A stretch of DNA of 27,159 bases from a bacterium (lineage in GTDB: Bacteria > Eisenbacteria > RBG-16-71-46): contig JAYWEM010000049.1 of assembly GCA_043779265.1 (NCBI GenBank), forward strand, positions 1 to 27,159, read 5' to 3'. Positions within the stretch are counted from its first letter, which is position 1. Each line of letters opens with the position of its first letter. Shown piece by piece: positions 8,569 through 18,736 of this stretch. The translations under genes were made by a program, and so were the position numbers. The notes under the pieces are model-generated. The model was not told the DNA's origin, did no database searches, and saw only the letters and a list, made by a program, of their open reading frames with translations.

Positions 8569-8601
8569 CGGAAAGTATAACGCAGCGCGGCCTGGGCACG
8601 T

Positions 8602-10542
8602 TCAGCCTCTGTCACATCCTTCCGCGTCCCGTTCCTGCCAGCGCGACAGTCCGAGGGCGGCCGTGCCCTCGAAGAAGCGCTCCACCCATTCCGGCGTGGC
8701 GGCATGGCCCTCCAGGCGGATGGTCTCGGCGATCGCATTCACGCTCCGAACGCCATCGGCCATGTACCACGCGATATCGGTGGCGGTCAGACCACCCGGT
8801 ATCTCGCGGTCCAGCGCTCGCCAGCGTTCCCGGACATCGGTGGCGGCGAGTTCCCAGCCAGGCAGTAGATGCCGCTGCATGTCGAGCGGTGCCGCCAGGG
8901 TGCGGACCGGCACCGGCGAGTCGGGATCGGCATCCACGGAAGACAGGGGTTCTCGGAGCTCGGGCGCGATCTCGCTCTCGAAGAACGCCATCAGGGACTC
9001 ATGTCCATCCGCCATGGCCCGCCGCTCGTGCGTCCTTGGCTCGCCCAGTCGGGCGCAACTCGCGATCGCCGAGTGCCCTCGTCGGTGCTCCGCATGCGCC
9101 GATTCCGTCGGCCGGTCGGAGCCGAGCGCGGCGAAGAGGCGTCGCCTCGAGCTTCGGCCGGCGAGCGCGAGGAGTTCGGCATGCTCGTCCTGGCCCGCAC
9201 ACGAGAGGATCGCGGCATAGGCGGCCGCGGTGCGCGCCGTGTGCGCGAGCGAAGCGGGGTCACAACGATCGGGAGTGTCCGATGAAGAGTGGTAATATCG
9301 GTCCGGCCACTGGATGAGCATCGGGCAAGGCACACCCACCGCGGGATCGATCCACACAGCGTGATCGCTGCCTCCCGAGTAGGGCACATCGGACATCCGC
9401 GCCATCGAGAAGTGCCCGGGTCCCGAGTAGGACTCCACCCAGTCCTGCGTCTCGTGTCGGATCGCCGAGAGCAGGTCCTCCATCACCGTTCCCATCGGAT
9501 GCGGCGGCCGCTCGATCAGGAAAGTGCTACCGCACTCATCCTGCCGTTCTCCGACCATGTCCAGGTTGAGCGCCGCGATGCTCGCTCGGACCGCATCGGG
9601 GTTCAGCGCCATCCACGCATGCGTTCCGGTGAACTCGGGCATCCACAGGAATCGCACGCTGCGGCTGTTGCGCGGGAGCACGCCCTTCGCTCGAAGCGAG
9701 GCCAGCGCCCGCGCGGTCTCGAGCGTCGCCGCGACGCCCGAACCATTGTCGTTCGCCCCCGGCTTCGGATGGCACAGATGCGACGTGATCAACACTTCGC
9801 CCGGGAGGTCGCCCGGGAGCACCGCCGAGATGAGGGGGATGCGCGCATCGAATCGACGCGCATCGATCGCGACTTCCAGTTCGACACGGACACCATCTCG
9901 GAGGCGCTCACGAAGGGCTGCTCCTCTCGCGGGCGACATCGCGATGCCCCACCCGCGCGGCTCCTTCCCCGCCCACCAGAAGGAGAGATAAGGCAGGGAG
10001 TCGGCATCCGTGTCCTCGGCGCGCACCGGCGGGAAGAGCCGTCGGCCATCGCAGATCAGGCCCGCCGCGCCGCGCTCGACGACGGCCATGCGATGCACGC
10101 GATGCGGATTGCCGCGGGTCAGCACCACTCGGCCCCTCACATCCACACCCTCATAGTGCTCGGGCTCACTCCCATCCGAGAGAGCGCAGATCTCGAATCG
10201 CCCTTCCACCGATTCGCTCCGCTGTACGATGGAGAGTGGCTGCGCGGCGAAGTCGGTGATGAGCGTGCGGCTCGGCCCATCGATCAGCGTCGCGGCGGCG
10301 GACCGGCACTCCCAGCCCTCGGGACTCAGCATTCCGAGATAGCGCGTCGAGCCATCGCCGATCGCATCGATATGAATCGGCGATAGGCCCGCTCGTTCGA
10401 GCGATCCCTGCAACCAATCGGCGGCCTCGACATAGCCGGGAGAACTCTGGATGCGATGGAAGCGCGTGACCGCCTCGACATCGGCCAGCGCGCGCTCGCC
10501 ACTCACCGCGTCGCGAACCGGCTCGAGCCAGCGACGGATCAT
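8602..10542 (-). CDS. M28-family (DUF4910-like) metallo-hydrolase with PA-like insert and C-terminal winged-helix domain
   Basis: Start ATG 10542 (ATGA overlap with the upstream stop, SD GGAGG), 646 aa. Motifs FHRIQSSPG, SHLCHPKPGANDNGSG, WMPEFTG, LNLDMVG, GSDH, YYHSSSDT; PA-like YEGVDVRGRVVL...AVVERGAAG. Confidence 0.82.
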   Translation of the reverse strand: MIRRWLEPVRDAVSGERALADVEAVTRFHRIQSSPGYVEAADWLQGSLERAGLSPIHIDAIGDGSTRYLGMLSPEGWECRSAAATLIDGPSRTLITDFAAQPLSIVQRSESVEGRFEICALSDGSEPEHYEGVDVRGRVVLTRGNPHRVHRMAVVERGAAGLICDGRRLFPPVRAEDTDADSLPYLSFWWAGKEPRGWGIAMSPARGAALRERLRDGVRVELEVAIDARRFDARIPLISAVLPGDLPGEVLITSHLCHPKPGANDNGSGVAATLETARALASLRAKGVLPRNSRSVRFLWMPEFTGTHAWMALNPDAVRASIAALNLDMVGERQDECGSTFLIERPPHPMGTVMEDLLSAIRHETQDWVESYSGPGHFSMARMSDVPYSGGSDHAVWIDPAVGVPCPMLIQWPDRYYHSSSDTPDRCDPASLAHTARTAAAYAAILSCAGQDEHAELLALAGRSSRRRLFAALGSDRPTESAHAEHRRGHSAIASCARLGEPRTHERRAMADGHESLMAFFESEIAPELREPLSSVDADPDSPVPVRTLAAPLDMQRHLLPGWELAATDVRERWRALDREIPGGLTATDIAWYMADGVRSVNAIAETIRLEGHAATPEWVERFFEGTAALGLSRWQERDAEGCDRG

Positions 10543-11846
10543 CCGGACCTCCTGCGCTGCAGGAACCACGCACCGACCGCGATGGCGAGCGGCAGTCCGA
10601 ACTCCACGAACCGCCACACGAGGGGCAGATGGAACGCGCCTCCCTCCGGGGGCGAGGCGAGGACACCGTAACTGAGCAGCACGGTCGCCGACAGCGCCCA
10701 CCATGCCCACGACAGGCGCAACGGCTCCCAGACGAGGGCGAAGCCCATGTACCAGGGATGCAGCACCGGTCCCAGCAGGAGCATGGCACGGAATGCATCG
10801 CGGGTGCTCTGCGTCGTGCTGGATCGCCTCCACAGCGCGGCGGCGATCACGCCGAGAACCAGGGCGATCGCCGCGACGCGCGCCACAGGGTCGCCCAACG
10901 CCGCCGCGAGTGGAGTGAACAGAGCATCATTGTTGCGCCAGGAGGCGGCAAATGCCGCCAGGCCGGAGTCGGCGCCTCGGGTCAGCCACGCGAACAGCGC
11001 GAGGCCCGGCAGGATGAGCGAGACCGCCAGGACGCGAGCCCGCGTCGGCCAGTCGCGCCACAGGAGAGGCAGCGCGAGAAGCGGCACCAGTTTGATCATG
11101 ACACTCGCCGCCAGCGCCGCCGCCGAGAGCATCGGACGACGGTCGGCGATGGCGAGTGCGACGACCAACCACAGCAGAGCGGTCGGGTCATGGTGCGCTT
11201 GGCCGACGAACTCGACCACGATCAGCGGATTCCACGCATAGACGATCGAGGGGAGCGCACTGCCCCCTCGCTTCCGGCACCACCACGCGAGCACGGCGCA
11301 CAGGGCCAGGTCATGGAGCAACACCCACAGCTTCCAACCTGCGAGCCCCGGCATCACCTTGGCCATCAGCGCGAAGCCGGCCATCGCGAGGGGCGGGTAG
11401 ATCGTGGCGAGCCCGGGGTGATTCACCCGTGGGTGCAGCTCATCGTCACGCAGTGAAGCCAGCTCGGGGGCGTTGGGAGCGTGCCGATAGGGATCCCGGC
11501 CCGCCGCAACGACTCGTCCCTCCCAGAGATAGCGATGGACATCATCGGAGAGGGACGGCTCGACTGGGAACACGGCAGCGCGCATGGCGAAGGCGACGAC
11601 GAGAATCAGCGTGGCGACATGCGGGAGATTGCGATCGCGGCGCAGTCGGAGGAGTGCGAGGAAATGGAAGGCGAAGGCCACGGCCATCAATCCCTGGAAC
11701 GCGCGTAACTCGACGCGCCACGACGGGAGAGCCGACGCCAGCGTCATCACCGCGACGAGGCCGATGGCGATCGCCGCCAGTTCCCACGACGCACCTCGAG
11801 GCGGAGCGCCCGCTCCGCCCTCGACCCGCTCGAGACGCGGGCGCAC
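10539..11846 (-). CDS. Polytopic GT-C fold glycosyltransferase (GT87/DUF2029-like)
   Basis: Many hydrophobic helices; first-loop motif SLSDDVHRYLWEGRV...DPY..AP; TIYPP; YAWNPLIVVEFVGQAHHD; K-L-V-P; HPWY. The exact start codon is uncertain. Confidence 0.8.
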   Translation of the reverse strand: MRPRLERVEGGAGAPPRGASWELAAIAIGLVAVMTLASALPSWRVELRAFQGLMAVAFAFHFLALLRLRRDRNLPHVATLILVVAFAMRAAVFPVEPSLSDDVHRYLWEGRVVAAGRDPYRHAPNAPELASLRDDELHPRVNHPGLATIYPPLAMAGFALMAKVMPGLAGWKLWVLLHDLALCAVLAWWCRKRGGSALPSIVYAWNPLIVVEFVGQAHHDPTALLWLVVALAIADRRPMLSAAALAASVMIKLVPLLALPLLWRDWPTRARVLAVSLILPGLALFAWLTRGADSGLAAFAASWRNNDALFTPLAAALGDPVARVAAIALVLGVIAAALWRRSSTTQSTRDAFRAMLLLGPVLHPWYMGFALVWEPLRLSWAWWALSATVLLSYGVLASPPEGGAFHLPLVWRFVEFGLPLAIAVGAWFLQRRRSG

Positions 11847-11859
11847 CTGCTCGTGTCCG

Positions 11860-13953
11860 CTAGCGCGCGACCGTGGCGCGCACGGCCCGCGTGGCGGGGT
11901 TGCCGGCCAGGTCGACGGCTCGGACGCTCACCAGATGCTCACCCACGGAGAGCCCCGGTAGCATGAAGGTCGTGCGGACGCGCGACTCATCGAGGGTTCC
12001 GCCGGGCGGCGCGATCGATCGCCACTCCCCGTCATCCACCGACAACTCGAGCAACCAAAGCGGACTGCGATCGTCGCGGGCCTCGAGCGTCATTCGAAGC
12101 CCGCCCGGGATGGCCACTGCCTCGAGCGCGCTGATGACCGGGGCGGAGTTGTCGACCTCGAACACCTCGCTCGTCCCCTCGGCGCGACGCTCCTCTCCCA
12201 CCGCATTGCCCTTCGAGTCATCGGCGAGCACGCGGACTCGATAGCGTCCGTCCGGGATCGTGCGTGTATCCCAGGAATGCATCGCCTGCAGCAGGTCCTT
12301 CCCGATCGTGATCCATGCCCCGCGCGCGGCTTCGTCACGCACCTGGACCTGGAATCGCAGCGGATCCCCGTTGGCGTCGCTCACGCGCCACTGCAACGTC
12401 CGGATTCCGCGAGCCCAGCTCGGCAGTTCGCGCAGGGACTTATTGCTCGAGAACTGGACCGAGTACTCGACCTTCTGGCCGCCCTCGAGCGTCTGCGTCA
12501 CCGCTTCGGTCCGCGCGCCGAGCTCGCCATCACGCACGCCCTGCGCCTGCGGCGCCACGGTCACGTCGTCCACGCGAGGCGCGACATTCTGCTCACGACT
12601 CGCGAACGCCACTTGCTCGATGCGGCTCGCAGCGGTCGTGAGCTCGGCGCGCCACTGGCCGTGTCGGCCGCGCAGCGTCCGGCCGACACGGCCCTCGGAG
12701 TCGACCTGTGACCAGGCCTCCCACGTCGTGTCCGGCTCCTCCGTGTTCCCGCTTCGAAGCGAGAAGCGAGGCGTGCCCTCTCCGGTCCAGCGGATCCGTC
12801 CGATGTTCGAGAAGCGCCGCAGGTCCTGTGCCGCGGCGGTCAGCGTCCCCTTGTCCGATCGGCCCGGACCCACACGCCAGAGCACCGCGGGGTTCGAGGT
12901 CGCCGCATACCACTCACCCTTGGCGCCCGCTGCCAGCGCGGTCACCTGCCCCTGCGGCGGCGCGAGCCACTGCTCAGCGCGCTGCGCGCCGGTCACGCGG
13001 AAGATCCCCGCGCGATTCCCGGTCGCGGCGAAGACGTCCCCGGCGTTCGAGGCGAGCGCGAAGATGAAGGGCTGGGACGAGGTCCACCACGACACCGCGG
13101 CGCTGTCCGGCACGATCCGGTAGAGCACCGCGCGTCCGCCGCTGATCGCGGCCTTCTGGGGTGCAGGACCGTCATCGGATTCGCCGACCGTGCCGCTGAC
13201 CGCCGTGCTCGAGAGCGCCGCCGCCCACACCGTGCCGTCGGTAGAGCGCGCGATCGCGCGGATCTCATCCTCGGGTGCATCGAACAGCGTACGCAGCTCG
13301 CCAGAGGCACGAGCGTGGACGACGCGGCCGCGCGAATCGCCGCCCGTGTACACGCCGGCAGCACCATCGGAGAGGAGCGCCGTCAGATTGCTCGCGTCAC
13401 TGTCCCAGGCGATGCGGGTGCGCCCGGACTCGAGCGAGAGCAACCGCCCCTTGGTTCCGGTTGCCAGCCACCATGCTCCCTTCGCCCCGGGAGCGATGCC
13501 CCAGACGTAGCGTTCTCCGGTCGAGGCGAGTCGTGTGGTATCGCCCTTGCCGCTCACGCGATAAACGAGGCCCGCGGGCCCCGTGCCCGCGACCAATCCG
13601 TCGCCGTCCCGCGCGAGGCAGAGCACCTGGCCATCCGGAAGCCGGATCCACGGCTTCACTCCAGCGGAAGCCGTCCAGCGGTCGATGCGTCCACGATCCC
13701 CCGCGAGCGCCACGGACCCATCCGCCAGCGGAAGCACGGCCCAGATCGTACGGAGCGAGTCCGCGGGCCAGCTGGTGGCCGCGCTTCCCAGGGTGAGTGT
13801 GCCGTCCGAGTCGATGAGCACGCCCTCGGCCTCGGACTTCTCATGGCCCTTCTGAGTGTCGGTGGTCCACCACTGGGTCTCGGCCGCACGCGCCGACGTC
13901 GAGAGGAACCCCATCAGGGCGATGAGCCGCGCATAGCGGAGCAACCGATTCAA
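11860..13953 (-). CDS. Secreted 7-bladed beta-propeller protein with C-terminal Ig/FN3-like domains
   Basis: TTG start overlapping the upstream TGA, SD GGAGG; signal peptide ending ARA-A; seven repeats of about 40 aa (IWAVLPLADGSV, VLCLARDGDGLVAGTG, YVWGIAPGAKGAWWLATG, NLTALLSDGAAGVYTGG, EIRAIARSTDGTVWAA, FIFALASNAGDVFAATG, QVTALAAGAKGEWYAATS); Ig-like WDTRTIPDGRYRVRVLA and GEHLVSVRAVDLAGN. Confidence 0.8.
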   Translation of the reverse strand: MNRLLRYARLIALMGFLSTSARAAETQWWTTDTQKGHEKSEAEGVLIDSDGTLTLGSAATSWPADSLRTIWAVLPLADGSVALAGDRGRIDRWTASAGVKPWIRLPDGQVLCLARDGDGLVAGTGPAGLVYRVSGKGDTTRLASTGERYVWGIAPGAKGAWWLATGTKGRLLSLESGRTRIAWDSDASNLTALLSDGAAGVYTGGDSRGRVVHARASGELRTLFDAPEDEIRAIARSTDGTVWAAALSSTAVSGTVGESDDGPAPQKAAISGGRAVLYRIVPDSAAVSWWTSSQPFIFALASNAGDVFAATGNRAGIFRVTGAQRAEQWLAPPQGQVTALAAGAKGEWYAATSNPAVLWRVGPGRSDKGTLTAAAQDLRRFSNIGRIRWTGEGTPRFSLRSGNTEEPDTTWEAWSQVDSEGRVGRTLRGRHGQWRAELTTAASRIEQVAFASREQNVAPRVDDVTVAPQAQGVRDGELGARTEAVTQTLEGGQKVEYSVQFSSNKSLRELPSWARGIRTLQWRVSDANGDPLRFQVQVRDEAARGAWITIGKDLLQAMHSWDTRTIPDGRYRVRVLADDSKGNAVGEERRAEGTSEVFEVDNSAPVISALEAVAIPGGLRMTLEARDDRSPLWLLELSVDDGEWRSIAPPGGTLDESRVRTTFMLPGLSVGEHLVSVRAVDLAGNPATRAVRATVAR

Positions 13954-15758
13954 GGAGCCTCCCGGTCCACGTGGATCTCGAGCAGCAGTTCACCGCGCAG
14001 CACACCGTTCATCGGGTGCCGCTGTTCTTCGAGCAGCGCCCAGCTTCCACGCTGGATCGCCGTGCCTGCAGTCTGAGGTGCCGCCATCAGCGCGAGCGCC
14101 GAGTTGGGCAGCTCGGGGTAATCGATCCCCTCGCTCGTCACTTCCGGCGCTCGGGCCCACAGCATGCTGTAGAGCGCATCTGAGCGATGGAGTGAGGAGA
14201 GTCGCCGCCAAGCGTCGCGAACCGAGACCGGTCGGAAGCGCCCGGGGAGGCGGGCCGCGGTGAAGCGGTCGGCCTCGCTGCCACCTCCCAACCACAGCAC
14301 GTAGCGCCCATCGGGCAGTTCCTCCGGGACGCGCAAGGTCAGGCGCCGAGTCTCGCGCGTGCCGCGCCAGGGTTCGACGTCGCACGCCACGACCACGCTG
14401 CCGCCCGGCCGGACCGAACTCCGCGAGAGGCTGGCCGAGCGCAACGTCGACTGCGCGCGACCGGGAACGATGTCGATGTCGATCGTCAGACTGTCGAGAT
14501 GGAATCGCTCGAACGGATTGCCGTACAGGAATCGCAGCGGCGAGCTGAATATGTTGAGCATCTCGCCGAGCGGCGACTCACCTGCCGTCACGTCACCCAC
14601 ATCGAGCACGTCGGGCCCACGGTGGGCCCTCAGCCGCCACTGGACGGTCTGCTGGGCGCCCGTGCCTCCTGATTCGAGCAGGCTGTTGACCGCCGCCGTC
14701 GAGACGAGCGACGCCACCAGCGAGCGATCCTCGACAACCTCGAACCGGAAGCGATGCGGTGACTCCCCGCTGCGGCGCACGGTGATCCCGAACGGCATCA
14801 GCGCGGGCACGGCTCCGAGACGCCCCGCCACCGCGGCGCGACGATCCTGGGTCGCGGTGCCGATCGGGCGATCCGTGACTCCGAGCTTGAAGGACGTCGC
14901 GAGGCTCGGCATGATCGTGACGATGCGAGCCGTCGAGAGCGGCAAGCGGACTTCGCCGCTCTGGAAGAACGGGTGGCCGAACATCAGCACACGATCGCCA
15001 TCGACATAGGTCACCGTCCCGATGGCGGAGAAGTTGAGGTCCCCACGCATCACATCGATGGCGACCGCCGACCCCGGCTCGAGTCGAGGTTCCGGGACGG
15101 CTCCCGGACGACCAGCCGGAACGCGTGAGCGTCCGCCGGGAGTCACTTGCAGTCGACTCGAGGCGAAGAGCGCTTCGGCGGGGCCGAGCAGCGCGGGTTG
15201 GAGGCCTCCTGCCGAGAGGGGCAGCGCGAGCGGACGCGCACCGGTCAGCGGTGGGCCGGGGGCCTCCGGGGGCTCGGGAGCCTCGCTCCACGTGAGGCCG
15301 CGATACCGCGGAGACGGCAGCGGATCGACTCCGATCGGCCCAGCGGCACCATCGACATGCGGCGATTCCGGAAGGTCGAGCACCCGGAGCATCTCGGCGA
15401 TCGGCGTGATCCCGAAGATCGGGTCCTTGCTGAAGTTCCAGCCTGAGGACAGCGCCCCGATCAACCGGCCTTCGACGTACACGGGCGATCCGCTCATGCC
15501 CTGGGCGACACCCAGATGCACCACACGAGGCGTCGTCGCGCGTGCCAGGATCACGTCGCCCTCGGCGCCGCCGCCCTCGAGCACGCCGACGATCTCCGCC
15601 TCGAAGGTCTCGATGGAATCACCTGTGAACACGGTGCGGACCAGCGCCCGCTGCCCGGGCCGGAGTCCCTCGGGGGACTGCGTCGGCACATTCGGGGCCG
15701 CGAGCGCGGTGGAGAAGAGCGAGACCAGCGCGAGTACGAATGCCAAGGGCGTCTTCAC
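13950..15758 (-). CDS. Secreted SpoIVB-like serine peptidase (family S55), circularly permuted, no PDZ domain
   Basis: Likely GTG start at 15758 (VKTPLAFVLALVSLFSTALA signal peptide), 602 aa. GVAQGMSGSPVYVEGRLIGAL is the S55 Ser motif and AIGTVTYVDGDRVLMFGHP the S55 His motif. Confidence 0.88.
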   Translation of the reverse strand: MKTPLAFVLALVSLFSTALAAPNVPTQSPEGLRPGQRALVRTVFTGDSIETFEAEIVGVLEGGGAEGDVILARATTPRVVHLGVAQGMSGSPVYVEGRLIGALSSGWNFSKDPIFGITPIAEMLRVLDLPESPHVDGAAGPIGVDPLPSPRYRGLTWSEAPEPPEAPGPPLTGARPLALPLSAGGLQPALLGPAEALFASSRLQVTPGGRSRVPAGRPGAVPEPRLEPGSAVAIDVMRGDLNFSAIGTVTYVDGDRVLMFGHPFFQSGEVRLPLSTARIVTIMPSLATSFKLGVTDRPIGTATQDRRAAVAGRLGAVPALMPFGITVRRSGESPHRFRFEVVEDRSLVASLVSTAAVNSLLESGGTGAQQTVQWRLRAHRGPDVLDVGDVTAGESPLGEMLNIFSSPLRFLYGNPFERFHLDSLTIDIDIVPGRAQSTLRSASLSRSSVRPGGSVVVACDVEPWRGTRETRRLTLRVPEELPDGRYVLWLGGGSEADRFTAARLPGRFRPVSVRDAWRRLSSLHRSDALYSMLWARAPEVTSEGIDYPELPNSALALMAAPQTAGTAIQRGSWALLEEQRHPMNGVLRGELLLEIHVDREAP

Positions 15759-15864
15759 GGCGGCCGACTCTATCAGACGACTCGGATCTGCCAAGGTGAA
15801 CGAGCGCGAAATGCGACGAGCGTCGGCCTTGCCCCTCTCCGACGCGGGTCTTACCTTGGTCGCC
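15759..15864. promoter_or_regulatory. Back-to-back sigma70-like promoters, each placing the TSS at a start codon
   Basis: Minus strand: TTGGCA (15794-15789), 16 nt ending in TGn, TAGAGT (15772-15767), 8 nt, GTG. Plus strand: TTGCCC (15829-15834), 17 nt, TACCTT (15852-15857), 7 nt, ATG. Confidence 0.6.
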
Positions 15865-17726
<1,862 letters not shown>

Positions 17727-17730
<4 letters not shown>

Positions 17731-18101
17731 TCCGCTTCTTCGGTCACTTCGCGGTCACCGCACTCGCGATGATCGTTCTGGCGCAGAACCTGCCGGGATT
17801 CAGCGTGCGCGACTGGAAGGTCGCACTGCTCGCCGCGGTCGTTCTGGGCTTCGTGAACGCCGTGGTCAAACCCATCCTGTTCCTGCTCACGCTGCCCATC
17901 ACCCTGCTGACTCTGGGGCTCTTCCTGTTCGTCCTCAACGCGGGGATGCTCGCGCTGACGGCGTATCTCGTTCCCGGCTTCAGCATCACCGAACCCGGAT
18001 CGCTCGTGATCGCCTCCATCGCGCTGGCGATCGTCGGGATCTTGTGGAAGTGGATGGCCGGCGAGGACAAGAAGAACTCCAAGAAGCAGGAGCGCGACTG
18101 A
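17727..18101 (+). CDS. 4-TM membrane protein of the YvlD / phage holin superfamily IV family
   Basis: GTG start overlapping the yitJ stop (GTGA); signature LGFVNAVVKPILFLLTLPITLLTLGLFLFVLNA; charged C-terminal tail. Confidence 0.88.
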
Positions 18102-18102
18102 C

Positions 18103-18696
18103 ATGGCCGAGGACGCGACGATCGCCGAAGATGCCCGAGGTTCGCTCGAACTGAGCGCCGAGGAGAACGCCGACCTCTGCACCGGGTGCTCGCGCTGTTG
18201 TGAGACCGTGAGCATCGAGGTCGATGCCCCGCGCTCGCCCTGGGAGTACGAGCAGTGGATCTGGGTGCTGCACCACCGCCATCTCGAGCTGTACCTCGAG
18301 AAGCCCGAGCGCTGGTACTTGCACATCGAAGCGGTGTGCGAGCAGTTGGGTGACGACCTTCGCTGCAAGATCTACGGCTCGCACCCCGTGCTGTGCCGCG
18401 AGTACGACCCGCGCTCATGCGAACGTCGTGCACCACTCTCCGATATCGTCGCGTGGTTCAAGACCGCAGCCGATCTCGAACATTGGCTGGCCGCGAGACG
18501 TCCCGCGCACTGGAAGCGCCTGCAGGCCTACCGAGCCGAGAGCGCGCAGGGCCCGCCCGTCGCCGATGCGAAAGCCGATGCCCGACGGGCACTGGCCGCC
18601 GCGCTGATCCAGGTCGGCGAACCGAGTGCCAAGCGCGCCGCGCACGAGCCTGGCACGAAGCTGCCCTTGCGGATCTCGAGGGAACGGCGGACCTAG
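18103..18696 (+). CDS. YkgJ/FliB family cysteine-cluster (CxxCxxCC) putative Fe-S or Zn protein
   Basis: CTGCSRCC ... CEQL....CKIYGSHPVLCREY....C; starts 1 nt after the upstream stop. Confidence 0.85.
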   Translation: MAEDATIAEDARGSLELSAEENADLCTGCSRCCETVSIEVDAPRSPWEYEQWIWVLHHRHLELYLEKPERWYLHIEAVCEQLGDDLRCKIYGSHPVLCREYDPRSCERRAPLSDIVAWFKTAADLEHWLAARRPAHWKRLQAYRAESAQGPPVADAKADARRALAAALIQVGEPSAKRAAHEPGTKLPLRISRERRT

Positions 18697-18736
18697 TTCT
18701 GTTTTCCGGTGGCCACAAGCGAGCGCGACTCGCGCC

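Noticed and set aside
10543..10833. N-terminal extension of the M28 ORF (743-aa call)
   Set aside because: It overlaps the GT-C gene in another frame. The SD and ATGA coupling indicate a start at 10542.
13950..15758. SpoIVB homologue as evidence of endosporulation
   Set aside because: No other sporulation genes are in the window, the domain order differs from SpoIVB, and the periplasmic foldase context suggests a diderm.
15022..15864. Apparent 281-aa N-terminal extension of YitJ (902-aa ORF call)
   Set aside because: It is antisense to the S55 gene and low in complexity. Family similarity and a promoter begin at ATG 15865.
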